From positions 96,001-160,000 of the forward strand of contig JBGAML010000007.1 of assembly GCA_044223005.1 (NCBI GenBank): 64,000 bases of DNA. Reading direction: 5' to 3'. Below the pieces are notes generated by a model. The model did no database searches. It was not told the DNA's origin and saw nothing but the letters and a program-made list of their open reading frames with translations. Source of the DNA: Candidatus Eiseniibacteriota bacterium. GTDB lineage: Bacteria > Eisenbacteria > RBG-16-71-46. Each line of letters opens with the position of its first letter. The first letter of the stretch is position 1. Shown here piece by piece: positions 19,086 to 29,882 of the stretch. Position numbers and translations under genes: made by a program.

Positions 19086-20333
19086 ATGAGTGCAACGAGT
19101 GCACGCGTGTTCGTGACCGGAGCCGGAATCGTGTCCCCGGTCGGAAACACGGTCGAAGACTGCTGGCGCAACCTCGTCGCGGGAGTTTCGGGCGCAGGCC
19201 CGATCACGCGATTCGACACGACGAACTTCGACACGAAGTTCGCGTGCGAGGTGAAGGACTTCAGCATCGAGGGCGTGCTGGACCGCAAGGAGGCGAAGCG
19301 CATGGATCGCTTCGTCCAGTTCGCGGTCGTGGCGAGCCACGAAGCGATCAAGACTTCCGGCCTGGACCTGGAGACGATCGACCGCGAACGCGTCGGCGTC
19401 GTCATCGGGTCGGGCATCGGAGGCATGGAGACCTTCGAGACCCAGCATTCGGCGCTCGTCGAGAAGGGGCCCGGCCGCGTGAGTCCCTTCTTCATCCCGA
19501 TGATGATCTCGGACATGGCCGCCGGCCAGGTGTCGATCCAGTACGGCCTCAAGGGCCCGAACTTCGGCACCGTGTCGGCCTGCGCCAGTGGCGCGCACGC
19601 GATCGGCGAGGCCCTGCGCCTCCTGCGCGCGGGCGATGCCGACGTCATCATCGCGGGCGGAGCCGAAGCCACGATCACGCCCATGGCGGTCGCCGGCTTC
19701 AACTCGGCTCGAGCCCTGTCCCTGCGTAATGACGACCCCACCCGCGCGAGCCGCCCGTTCGACAAGGACCGGGACGGCTTCGTCATCGGCGAAGGTGCCG
19801 GATTGCTCGTGCTCGAAACCGAAGAGCACGCCCGGCGCCGCGGGGCATCACTGCTGTGCGAACTCGTCGGCTACGGAGCCTCGGGTGACGCCTATCACAT
19901 GACCGCTCCCTGCGTGGACGGTGACGGCGCGGCGCGCGCCATGCGGCGCGCGCTCCAGGACGCCGCGATGGGTGTCGAAGAGGTCGGCTACATCAACGCC
20001 CACGGAACGTCGACGCCTGCGGGAGACCCGATCGAGGTCACCGCCGTGAAGACGATCTTCGGCGACGCCGCCCGCAGCGTCTGGATGGGTTCCACGAAGT
20101 CCATGACCGGCCACCTTCTCGGTGCGGCTGGCGGACTCGAAGCGGTGGTGACCGCGCTGGTGCTCGCGCGAGGAGTCGTGCCTCCGACGATCAACCTCGA
20201 CACACCGGATGAGGCATGCGATCTCGATTTCATTCCGAACCAGGCCCGGGAGAAGAAGTTCCGGGCGGCACTGTCGAACTCGTTCGGGTTCGGCGGGCAC
20301 AACGTGTCCCTGGCGATGAGGGCTATCGCGTAA
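19086..20333 (+). CDS. fabF: 3-oxoacyl-ACP synthase II
   Basis: SACASG, NAHGTST, GHLLGAAG, NSFGFGG. Confidence 0.96.
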   Translation: MSATSARVFVTGAGIVSPVGNTVEDCWRNLVAGVSGAGPITRFDTTNFDTKFACEVKDFSIEGVLDRKEAKRMDRFVQFAVVASHEAIKTSGLDLETIDRERVGVVIGSGIGGMETFETQHSALVEKGPGRVSPFFIPMMISDMAAGQVSIQYGLKGPNFGTVSACASGAHAIGEALRLLRAGDADVIIAGGAEATITPMAVAGFNSARALSLRNDDPTRASRPFDKDRDGFVIGEGAGLLVLETEEHARRRGASLLCELVGYGASGDAYHMTAPCVDGDGAARAMRRALQDAAMGVEEVGYINAHGTSTPAGDPIEVTAVKTIFGDAARSVWMGSTKSMTGHLLGAAGGLEAVVTALVLARGVVPPTINLDTPDEACDLDFIPNQAREKKFRAALSNSFGFGGHNVSLAMRAIA

Positions 20334-22078
20334 GGGCTCGCTCGCGCCGGCGCGGCGGCCGTGGCCGCCGGCGTGGACGTAACGCACCACCACCACCACC
20401 CGCGCCGCGCGGATTCTGGGGCTGGCTCCGATCGCTGTTCGGGGGCGGCCGGCCGGCGAAGCGTTCGCGCGAGGAGCGCCGCGAGGGCCGTCGTGACGGC
20501 TCGCTGGACCGGCAGGAGGAGAAGGTCCTCGCCGAGTTCCAGAAGCAGTTCGGGATCACGTTCAACGATCCGGGCCTGCTCAAGCTGGCGCTCACGCACC
20601 GCTCGTACCTGAGCGTGACGGGGCAGGGTCCGCGCGAATCGAACGAGCGGCTCGAGTTCCTGGGCGACTCCGTGCTGGGGCTCGTGACGAGCGAGTACCT
20701 CTATCGCCGGCATCCCGACGAGCACGAGGGCCAGCTCACCAAGACCAAGTCGCTCCTGGTCTCCAAGGCGATCCTGTCGCGGCGCGCGCTGCGCATGGGG
20801 CTCGGGCGCTACGTGCTCATGAGCCACTCCGAGGTCGAATCGGGCGGCCGGCAGCGGTTGTCGATCCTGGCCGACGCGTTCGAATCCGTGCTGGGTGCGA
20901 TCTACCTCGACCAGGGCTTCGAGGTGGCGCGGCAGTACATCCACACGCACCTGCTCGAGGACTCCGACGAGATCGTGGCCGACAAGCGGCACACGAACTA
21001 CAAGAGCCACCTGCAGGAGTACGTGCAGAGCACCTACCGCACGCATCCGGTCTACCGGATCCGCAGCGAGTACGGCCCAGACCACTCCAAGCACTTCATG
21101 GTGGAGGTCATGGTCGGCCGCCGCACGCTGGGCGAGGGGCGCGGCCACAACAAGAAGGAGGCGGAGCAGGCGGCCGCGCGCGACGCGCTCGAGAGCGTGA
21201 AGCGCGTGCGTTCGGGTGGCGAGGACGAGCGCGAGCCGCGCGAGTCGTCGCCGGCTCGGAGCGGCGAACGCGAACGCGAGCGCGACGAGGCCGGCGACTC
21301 GCGCCGCCGGCGCCGGCGCCGCGGCGGGCGTGGGCGAGGTGCCGAAGGCGATGGCGAACGCGAGGCCGTGGTCGCGGGCGTCGCGCCGGTCGCGGGCGAG
21401 CCGGTCGTCGAGGAGTACGAGGCCGAGGAGGACGCGATCCTGGACGAAAGCGCGGCCGCATCCGAGTTCGACCTCGAGGTGATCGAGCCGGGCGCGCGCG
21501 ATCCACGCACCGCCGGCGTGGATGACGACGAGGACGACGAGGACGCGGACGACGACGAGATCGTGGACGATCTCGACGAGGACGACGACGAAGCGGATGA
21601 CGAAGCAGACGACGATGCGGACGACGATGCGGACGACGACCTCGTCGACGACGAGGAGATCGACGAGATCGAGGAGCCCGAGGAGGCGGAGGAGTTCGAA
21701 GCACCGGCGCCGCCCGCGCCGGCTCCCGCCCGCCCGGCGTATCGCGAGGAACCGGAGCCGGCCGCACCGCGTGCGGCCTCGCCGGCGCCCGCGGAACGCG
21801 CCCCGATCGCGTACGGCCGCGGCGGCCGCCGCGGTGGTCGCAAGCCGCTGCCCGCCGCACCCGCCGAACCGGCCGCCGCCGAGGCGCGCCAGGTCGATCC
21901 GTTCGGCATGGGCGAGCCCGAGCCCGTCCCGGAGCCGCCGGCACCGCCGGCACCCGAGCCGGAGGAGGACGAGCTCAACGTGGACGAGGAGCGGGTCGCC
22001 GAGATCGAGCGCGCGATGGACAGCTTCGGGGCGCGCAAGTCGGGCGGCTACGGGCGCAAGGGTCGCCGCGGCCGCTGA
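20216..22078 (+). CDS. rnc: Ribonuclease III with N-terminal basic/amphipathic and long C-terminal acidic/Pro-rich extensions
   Basis: ALTHRS, NERLEFLGDSVL, ADAFESVLGAIYLD, dsRBD NYKSHLQE...KKEAEQAAA; start uncertain. Confidence 0.93.
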   Translation: MRSRFHSEPGPGEEVPGGTVELVRVRRAQRVPGDEGYRVRARSRRRGGRGRRRGRNAPPPPPAPRGFWGWLRSLFGGGRPAKRSREERREGRRDGSLDRQEEKVLAEFQKQFGITFNDPGLLKLALTHRSYLSVTGQGPRESNERLEFLGDSVLGLVTSEYLYRRHPDEHEGQLTKTKSLLVSKAILSRRALRMGLGRYVLMSHSEVESGGRQRLSILADAFESVLGAIYLDQGFEVARQYIHTHLLEDSDEIVADKRHTNYKSHLQEYVQSTYRTHPVYRIRSEYGPDHSKHFMVEVMVGRRTLGEGRGHNKKEAEQAAARDALESVKRVRSGGEDEREPRESSPARSGERERERDEAGDSRRRRRRRGGRGRGAEGDGEREAVVAGVAPVAGEPVVEEYEAEEDAILDESAAASEFDLEVIEPGARDPRTAGVDDDEDDEDADDDEIVDDLDEDDDEADDEADDDADDDADDDLVDDEEIDEIEEPEEAEEFEAPAPPAPAPARPAYREEPEPAAPRAASPAPAERAPIAYGRGGRRGGRKPLPAAPAEPAAAEARQVDPFGMGEPEPVPEPPAPPAPEPEEDELNVDEERVAEIERAMDSFGARKSGGYGRKGRRGR

Positions 22079-22084
22079 TCCGCG

Positions 22085-22136
22085 GAAACGAAGACGTCGC
22101 GCGGTGCCGGAGACGGCGCCGCGCGACGTGCGTTTC
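22085..22136. terminator. Long hairpin after rnc
   Basis: ACGTCGCGCGGTGCCG / CGGCGCCGCGCGACGT inverted repeat. Confidence 0.55.
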
Positions 22137-22156
22137 GGGCCCGGAACCCCGGGCGG

Positions 22157-22193
22157 AAAAACAGCAGGGCGGGGAGTGCGCGCTCCCCGCCCC
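22157..22193 (-). terminator. Intrinsic terminator of the candidate sRNA
   Basis: Minus strand GGGCGGGGAGCG-CG-CACTCCCCGCCC followed by TGCTGTTTTT. Confidence 0.75.
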
Positions 22194-22342
22194 AAAACTG
22201 CCGCCACATACGCTCAGGACAGGCCCCTCGGAATTTCCGTGCCCTTTCACATAGTGGCGACAGAACTCTGCGCCGTCATGGCGCTCTGTCGCGAGGGACC
22301 GGAAACTGGCGGTGCTTCGCCTTCCGTGCGGCCCCTCTTGAC
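22157..22342 (-). ncRNA. Candidate sigma54-dependent small RNA, about 185 nt
   Basis: Lies between a -24/-12 promoter and a terminator; three stem-loop domains; no credible ORF. Confidence 0.65.
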
Positions 22343-22352
22343 CAGTTATCTA

Positions 22353-22369
22353 TGCACTATCGGTGCCAA
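22353..22369 (-). promoter_or_regulatory. sigma54 (-24/-12) promoter
   Basis: TTGGCAC-CGATA-GTGCA, with canonical GG-N10-GC spacing. Confidence 0.8.
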
Positions 22370-22478
22370 ACCCGAGTACGACATTGCTCTCAGAGAATTT
22401 CGGCTTTGTTTCCAATGATTTGCGGGGATTGCGGTCCGGTGCGGCCGCAAGAAATGTCCGCCGAATGCACCGGTCGGT

Positions 22479-22584
22479 GCGACAGGATGTCGCGGGTTTC
22501 CTGGCTCCAAACCACGGAAACTCCGTTCCCATGCGCGGATCGGGCCGGTGCGACATTTTGCCGCGGTTCGCGACAGGTCGTCGC
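22479..22584. promoter_or_regulatory. Three bEBP upstream activator sites
   Basis: GCGACA-GGA-TGTCGC (22479-22493), GCGACA-TTT-TGCCGC (22550-22564), GCGACA-GGT-CGTCGC (22570-22584). Confidence 0.72.
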
Positions 22585-22589
22585 AGTGC

Positions 22590-23945
<1,356 letters not shown>

Positions 23946-24058
23946 GTGAAGTCCCGTCGGGTCCGTTGAGGAGGAGCCGCGTGGAGCTTTACCACGGCCG
24001 CACTTCGGCGGCCAGAAACTTGGCTCGGGCGGCGAGCGGCGTGTTACGCTCGTCGGCC

Positions 24059-25726
24059 ATGAAGCGCCTCGCGTGCCTCGTTCTCGCCGCCATCGGGCTC
24101 GCCGCTTCGGTGGCCCACGCCGGCGAGGACCCCGGCGGACGCACGCCGAGCGACGAGGCGCTGCGCCATTACCTCAACGGGCGCTGGCTCGAGGAGGAGG
24201 GCGACCTGGCCGGCGCCGGCGCGGAGTTCGCGCGCGCGGCCGCACTCGATCCCACCGCCACGGACATCCTCGTTCATGCCGCCGAGGTGGCCGCGCACGC
24301 CGGCGACCCGGCGCGCTCGCTCGAGCTCGCCCGCCAGGCGCTCGTGCGCGTCCCCGGCGAGCCTCGCGCGCTCTGGCTGCAGGGCGCGGCGCTGTTCGGG
24401 CTCTCGCGTCCCGCCGAGGCGCTGCAGCCGCTGCGCCAGGCCGCGCTCGCGGACTCCGAGAACGCCGACGTCTGGCGCACGCTCGCCCACACGGGCGAGG
24501 CGCTGGAGCTGCCGGCGCTGGTCGATTCGTGCTGGGAACGCGTCACCGATCTCGATCCCGACGACGGCGAGAGCTGGTTCCAGCTGGCGACGACGCGCGC
24601 GCGGCTCGGCCGCTACGCCGATGCCGATTCCGCGCTGACGATCGCGCTCGAGGACAACCCGACTCGTCCGGGCGCGCTGTTCCTGCGCGGCTGGCTCGCC
24701 GAACAGCTGGGCCGCACCGCCGACGCGATCTCGCTCTACACGCACCACCTCGAGGTGCACGGTGGCGACGGCACCACGCGGCGGCGCCTCGTCGCGCTGC
24801 TCGCGAGCGAGGACCGCTACAAGGAGGCGCTGCCCCACGCGCGCCGCGTCGCGGCCGATTCGCCGCGCGATCCGGGGGCGCTGCAGGCGCTCGCCGACCT
24901 GGAGTTCTACGCCGGCCACGCCGACGCGGGGATGCGCGAACTCGAGCGGCTGCGCGCGCTCGAGCCCGGGGACATGGATCCGGTCGTGCGCAGCGCCGAG
25001 GTGCTGTTGCGGCACGAGCGTGCGGACGCCGCGGTGACGCTCGTCGACCAGTGGGCGGCCACGCGCGCGGGAGACCCGCACGCGTACCGCGTGCGCGCGT
25101 GGGTGCGTGCCGCGGCGGGCCGGCTCGACTCCGCGGTCGCGATGCAGCGGCTCGACGTCGCCGCGAATCCCGACTCCACCGTGCCGCGGCGCGCGCTCGC
25201 GCGCTACCTGCGCGAATCGAAGCAGTGGAACGCCGCGATCGAGCAGCTTTCGTGGCTGCACACGCGCCTGCCGGAGGATCCCGGAGTGCTGATGGACCTG
25301 GGCTACTGCCGCGAGCAGTCCGGTGACCTGCCGGGCGCGATCCAGGCGGGCCGCGACGCCCTTGCACTCGCGCCCGACGAGGCGCAGACCCTGAACTTCC
25401 TCGGCTACCTGCTCGCCGACCACGATCGCGACCTGTCCGAAGCCGAGGACCTGATCCGCCGCGCCATCGAGCAGGATCCCGACAACGGCGCCTACCTCGA
25501 CTCGATGGGCTGGGTGCACTTCCGGCGCGGCAACCTCGACGCGGCCCGGTCCGAGCTCGAGAAGGCGGTCGATCGGGTGGGCAACGACCCGGTCGTCCAC
25601 GAGCACCTGGGCGACGTCTACCGGCAACTCCGCCTGATCGACCTGGCCCGTCAGCAGTACCGGGCGAGCCTCGACGCCGATCGCGGTAACGAACGCGTTC
25701 GCAACAAGCTGACCGAGCTGCGCTGA
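24059..25726 (+). CDS. Exported tetratricopeptide-repeat protein
   Basis: Signal peptide; TLNFLGYLLA...PDNGAYLDSMGW...EHLGDVY C-terminal TPRs. Confidence 0.85.
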   Translation: MKRLACLVLAAIGLAASVAHAGEDPGGRTPSDEALRHYLNGRWLEEEGDLAGAGAEFARAAALDPTATDILVHAAEVAAHAGDPARSLELARQALVRVPGEPRALWLQGAALFGLSRPAEALQPLRQAALADSENADVWRTLAHTGEALELPALVDSCWERVTDLDPDDGESWFQLATTRARLGRYADADSALTIALEDNPTRPGALFLRGWLAEQLGRTADAISLYTHHLEVHGGDGTTRRRLVALLASEDRYKEALPHARRVAADSPRDPGALQALADLEFYAGHADAGMRELERLRALEPGDMDPVVRSAEVLLRHERADAAVTLVDQWAATRAGDPHAYRVRAWVRAAAGRLDSAVAMQRLDVAANPDSTVPRRALARYLRESKQWNAAIEQLSWLHTRLPEDPGVLMDLGYCREQSGDLPGAIQAGRDALALAPDEAQTLNFLGYLLADHDRDLSEAEDLIRRAIEQDPDNGAYLDSMGWVHFRRGNLDAARSELEKAVDRVGNDPVVHEHLGDVYRQLRLIDLARQQYRASLDADRGNERVRNKLTELR

Positions 25727-25755
25727 GCCACGGCGATCTCCCCCCAGAGTGCCCG

Positions 25756-25782
25756 GGAACTGTCAGGGCCGTGCGGGGTAAC
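25756..25782 (+). promoter_or_regulatory. ECF sigma-type promoter, likely autoregulatory
   Basis: GGAACT-16bp-GTAAC directly upstream of the ECF sigma gene. Confidence 0.65.
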
Positions 25783-25790
25783 ACGGGTAG

Positions 25791-26426
25791 GTGAGGTCCA
25801 CATTGGCCCCTGATCGAGAGCCGCTGTCACCCCAGGTCTTGAGCCTTTCCGACGAAGATCTCATGGCCCGGGTGGCCGAGGACGACGAGCGCTCGTACAC
25901 CGAGCTCGTTCGCCGTTATCAGGGCCGTGTGACCAATCTCATCAGCCGCGTGTTGAACGACCGCAACGGTTCGGACGATCTGGCGCAGGAAGTGTTTGTC
26001 CGGGTCTTCGTGCACCGCAGGAACTACCGGCGCGGGTCGAAGTTCTCCACGTGGATCTTCACGATCGCCGCGAACCTCGCGAAGAACGAGATCCGGCGAC
26101 GGGTGCGGCGGCGCAACTGGTTCTCGCTCGACGCACTCACGGAAGTGCTTCACGACAGCATGAGCCAGCTGGCGGACCCGACCGAGGGCAGTGAGTCCGG
26201 GATGGAACGCGAGCAGCTCCAGGGTGAAGTGGGACGTGCCATCGCCACGGTGCCCGAGAAGTACCGGCTCGCGCTGGTGCTGCGGGACATCGAGGGGCTG
26301 GCCTACGAGGAGATCGCCGAAGTGCTCGGGGTTCCCGGCGGGACGGTGCGCTCGCGCATCAACCGCGCGCGGGGAATGCTGAAGCGCAAGCTCCAACCGC
26401 TACTCAAGACGCAGGAGAAGGCATGA
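25791..26426 (+). CDS. ECF RNA polymerase sigma factor (RpoE/SigW-like)
   Basis: DLAQEVF, FSTWIFTIAAN, YEEIAEVLGVPGGTVRSRINRAR; the start may instead be TTG at 25803. Confidence 0.93.
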   Translation: MRSTLAPDREPLSPQVLSLSDEDLMARVAEDDERSYTELVRRYQGRVTNLISRVLNDRNGSDDLAQEVFVRVFVHRRNYRRGSKFSTWIFTIAANLAKNEIRRRVRRRNWFSLDALTEVLHDSMSQLADPTEGSESGMEREQLQGEVGRAIATVPEKYRLALVLRDIEGLAYEEIAEVLGVPGGTVRSRINRARGMLKRKLQPLLKTQEKA

Positions 26427-27010
26427 GCCGTTGTACCCGGGCCCGCCAGTTGTTCGGGCCGTACTGGGATGACGAGACGACGCGCGCCGAGCGCGAATGG
26501 CTCGATGCGCACTTCGCCGAGTGCGCCGCGTGCCGCACGGAGTACGAGACCCTGAGCCGTACGCTCACGGCCGTGGCGTCGCTGCCGCGGCACGAGGCGG
26601 CGCCGGATCTCGCCGAGCGCGCACTGGCCGCGGCGCGCCGCGCCTCGACCGCGCCGGACCGCGTGTTCGCGCCGCAGCGCCCCGTGTGGGTGCCCGTCGC
26701 GGCCACGGCGGCCGTCGCGCTGATCGCGGTGGTCGTGCTGGGGCCGAGGTTCCTGGGACACGCGCCGGCGCCGACGCCGGTCGCGCACGTCCCGAGCGCC
26801 GCGGTCGCCGAGCCGACGCTCGCGGCCACGACGTCGCCGGCACCCACCGGCACCGCGCCGGTCGCCGTGGCGATCTCGGACACGCTGTTCGATCACACCG
26901 AGGACGTGGACTTCGTGCTCGATCCCGTCGCGCTGCACCGCGGCCGCGCCCACACCGTGGCGCGACTGCCCGAAGGCGTGCGGGGCGAGCAGGCCGTCAT
27001 TTCCTTCTAG
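26423..27010 (+). CDS. Zinc-binding (zf-HC2) transmembrane anti-sigma factor
   Basis: HFAECAAC (HxxxCxxC) plus one TM helix; ATGA overlap with the sigma gene. Confidence 0.88.
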   Translation: MSRCTRARQLFGPYWDDETTRAEREWLDAHFAECAACRTEYETLSRTLTAVASLPRHEAAPDLAERALAAARRASTAPDRVFAPQRPVWVPVAATAAVALIAVVVLGPRFLGHAPAPTPVAHVPSAAVAEPTLAATTSPAPTGTAPVAVAISDTLFDHTEDVDFVLDPVALHRGRAHTVARLPEGVRGEQAVISF

Positions 27011-27021
27011 AACGGAGCCCG

Positions 27022-28275
27022 ATGCGCGACATGACCGGTCACGCTCCGAGCGGCCGCGGCCGCCCGGGGACGATCCGGCGCCCGCGAGCGGCGACCTTCC
27101 GGTCGCGGCTCGCGGGCGTGCTGCTGTGTGGCGCGCTCGTCCTGCCGGCCGTGCCCGTGCACGGCCAGGGGGTGCTGTCGGCGATCGAGGCCGACGTCGA
27201 CCAGATCGCCCAGCACGCACGGCCGAGCGTGGTGACGATCGTCGCGCAGAGCCATCCGCTCGTGAACAAGGGCAAGGGCCTGCAGCGGACCTCGCGCATG
27301 CACAGCCGCGTCGGCTCGGGTTTCGCGGTGGGGCCGGACGAGATCGTCACGACGGCGACCGTGGTGCTGGGCGCCGAGAAGGTGACCGTGGTCACCGACA
27401 ACCGCCTGCAGATGGAGGCGATCGTCGCCGGGCTCGACCCGATCCACAACGTGGCGCTGCTGCGCGTGCCGGGCCTGCGCATCTCGCCGATCGCGTACGC
27501 GGATCGCCCGCCGCGGCTCGGCGACTGGGTCGTCACGCTGGGCACGTCGTACGGCACGCAGCCGACGCAGTCGGTGGGGACGATCTCGTACCGCTGGAAG
27601 GAGCCGCGGCTCACGCTGCTCCAGCTCACCAACGACGTCTACCCGGGCAACAGCGGCGGCCCCGCGCTCAACTCGCGCGGCGAGCTGATCGGCATCGTGA
27701 AGGGCGAACTCGGTTCGCCCGAACTCGCCAACGCGCGCACCGAAGGCGACCGGCGCCCCGGCAGCGCGAGCTTCATCATCCCGCTCCAGGACGCCCGGCC
27801 CGCGATCGAGTCGCTGCGCAAGGACGGCCGCGTGGCGCTCGGCTGGATGGGTGTTTCCACGCGCGCCGGCTTCATCGAGAGCTCGACCGAGCCCGGCCTG
27901 CGCGTCGCGCTCGGCGCGATCGTCGAGAGCACGCGGCCCGGTGGCCCGGCGCAGCGGCTGGGCCTGCGCCCCGGCGACCTCATCGTCGCGTACGACGGCG
28001 AGCGCGTGGAGTACCCGGAACAGCTCGCGCGCTGGGTGGGCGCGACCCCGCCCGGGACCTCCGTGCAGCTCGTCTGGGTGCGGCACGAGATGCGACAGGA
28101 GGGACGCGTCGTGATCGGCTCGTCGCCGACCGCGATCCCGTCGTGGACGCAGCCCGCCGCGACGGCGGGCACGAGCGGTGATGCGCGCCCGGGCGTGTCG
28201 GACCCGGCGCTGCGTGCGCGCAGCGCGGTGCGCGGTCTGGGCGGCGTGCGCGGACAGCAGGACACCGCGCGCTGA
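27022..28275 (+). CDS. HtrA/DegS-like trypsin-fold plus PDZ protein with degenerate catalytic triad
   Basis: GSGF, PGNSGGP, GWMGV and GLRPGDLIVAYDG PDZ; His and Asp positions read T and N. Confidence 0.85.
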   Translation: MRDMTGHAPSGRGRPGTIRRPRAATFRSRLAGVLLCGALVLPAVPVHGQGVLSAIEADVDQIAQHARPSVVTIVAQSHPLVNKGKGLQRTSRMHSRVGSGFAVGPDEIVTTATVVLGAEKVTVVTDNRLQMEAIVAGLDPIHNVALLRVPGLRISPIAYADRPPRLGDWVVTLGTSYGTQPTQSVGTISYRWKEPRLTLLQLTNDVYPGNSGGPALNSRGELIGIVKGELGSPELANARTEGDRRPGSASFIIPLQDARPAIESLRKDGRVALGWMGVSTRAGFIESSTEPGLRVALGAIVESTRPGGPAQRLGLRPGDLIVAYDGERVEYPEQLARWVGATPPGTSVQLVWVRHEMRQEGRVVIGSSPTAIPSWTQPAATAGTSGDARPGVSDPALRARSAVRGLGGVRGQQDTAR

Positions 28276-28308
28276 ACGGCGGGCGCGCGGGTGGTGTAAC
28301 CTGCGCGC

Positions 28309-29412
28309 GTGGCCGACCTCGTCCTCGACTATCCCGGTTCCGGCGTGCGCTCGCGCGTGCGCATCGCGCGCGGATCGCTCACGCGCCTCGGCGCGTTCGT
28401 GCGCGCCGCGACGGGAGCGAGCCACGTCGTGCTCGTCACCGACACCCGCGTCGCGCCGCTCTGGGGCGAGCCCGCCCGCCGCGCGCTGCGCGCGGCCGGG
28501 ATCGCGTCCGAACTCGCGGTGGTGCCCGCTGGTGAGACGAGCAAGCGCGCCGAGCACCTCGTGCGGCTCTGGCGGCGGTTCGCCGACGCGCGGCTCGACC
28601 GAGCCGGCGCCGTGGTCGCGCTGGGCGGCGGCGTGGTCGGCGACCTCGCCGGCTTCGCGGCGGCCACATGGCTGCGCGGCGTCGCGTGGGTCGGCGTCCC
28701 GACCACCGTCGTGGCGCAGGTCGACAGCAGCATCGGTGGCAAGACCGCGATCGACCTGCCCGAGGGCAAGAACCTGGTCGGCGCGTTCCACCAGCCCGCC
28801 GGCGTGCTCGTGGACCCCGACACGCTCGCGACCCTGCCGCGCCGCCACGTGCGCGCCGGGCTCGCCGAAGTGATCAAGAAGGGCTTCGCCGTCGACGCGC
28901 CGCTCTTCGCCTGGTGCGAACGCGAGGCGGATGCGCTCGCGGCCGGCGCGCCCGAGGCGCTCGCCGGCGCGGTCGCGCGCGCGATCCGCGCCAAGGCGCG
29001 CGTCGTCCGTGCCGACGAGCGCGAGCGCGAGGGCGGCGTGCGCACGGCGCTCAACTTCGGCCACACGCTCGGACATGCGATCGAAGCCGCACGAAGCTAC
29101 CGTGGCATCCTGCACGGTGAAGCCGTGGCGATCGGCATGCGCGCGGCGGCCGACCTGAGCGAATCCGTGGCCGGCCTGCCCCGGGGCGAGCGGGTGCGAC
29201 TCGAAGCGCTGCTCGACCATGTGGGATTGCCCGTGGTCATGCCGCCCACTCCGGCACGGGCGCTGCTTGCGGCCATGGCGAACGACAAGAAGCGCGCGCG
29301 GGGCGAAGTCCGCTGGGTGTTGACGCCCACAATCGGACTTGCTAGCGTGCCGCGCGCTGTCCCGAACCCGCTCGTGCGTGCCGCGTTGCGGCGCGCGGGC
29401 GCGCGCGGCTGA
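28309..29412 (+). CDS. aroB: 3-dehydroquinate synthase
   Basis: GGGVVGDLAGF, VDSSIGGKT, KNLVGAFHQP, NFGHTLGHAIE. Confidence 0.96.
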   Translation: MADLVLDYPGSGVRSRVRIARGSLTRLGAFVRAATGASHVVLVTDTRVAPLWGEPARRALRAAGIASELAVVPAGETSKRAEHLVRLWRRFADARLDRAGAVVALGGGVVGDLAGFAAATWLRGVAWVGVPTTVVAQVDSSIGGKTAIDLPEGKNLVGAFHQPAGVLVDPDTLATLPRRHVRAGLAEVIKKGFAVDAPLFAWCEREADALAAGAPEALAGAVARAIRAKARVVRADEREREGGVRTALNFGHTLGHAIEAARSYRGILHGEAVAIGMRAAADLSESVAGLPRGERVRLEALLDHVGLPVVMPPTPARALLAAMANDKKRARGEVRWVLTPTIGLASVPRAVPNPLVRAALRRAGARG

Positions 29413-29429
29413 GCCCGGAGAGGAGAGCG

Positions 29430-29882
29430 GTGACACCACGCATCCTGGTCCTCCACGGGCCCAACCTGAGCGCACTCGGCACCCGCGAGCCCGACGTGTA
29501 CGGCCGCGTCGCGCTGTCCGACGTCGACGAACGCCTCCGGGCGCTCGGCCGCGAGCTCGGCTGCGAAGTCGAGTGCCGGCAGAGCGAGCACGAAGGTGTC
29601 CTGATCGATGCCCTCTACCAGGCGCGCGGTCGCTTCGAAGGAGTCCTGATCAACCCGGGTGGGCTTACCCACACGAGCGTCGCGTTGCGCGACGCGATCC
29701 GGGGCGCCGGACTCCCGACGGTCGAGGTCCACGTGTCCAATCCGCATACGCGGGAAGCATTCCGTCACACCTCCCTGGTCTCGGGCGTCGCACTGGCGGC
29801 CGTCCAGGGCTTCGGTCCCGACAGCTACCTCCTCGCCCTGCGCGGCCTCGTCGCGCACCTGCGCCATGGCCAGCCCGCGTAA
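29430..29882 (+). CDS. aroQ: Type II 3-dehydroquinate dehydratase
   Basis: [21 protein letters not shown]. Confidence 0.96.
   Translation: MTPRILVLHGPNLSALGTREPDVYGRVALSDVDERLRALGRELGCEVECRQSEHEGVLIDALYQARGRFEGVLINPGGLTHTSVALRDAIRGAGLPTVEVHVSNPHTREAFRHTSLVSGVALAAVQGFGPDSYLLALRGLVAHLRHGQPA

Noticed and set aside
21520..21690. GACGAC/GACGAG tandem repeats
   Set aside because: They encode the acidic tract of rnc; not CRISPR or a non-coding repeat array
21975..22250. 91-aa minus-strand ORF starting inside the candidate sRNA
   Set aside because: No RBS, crosses the terminator and overlaps rnc antisense
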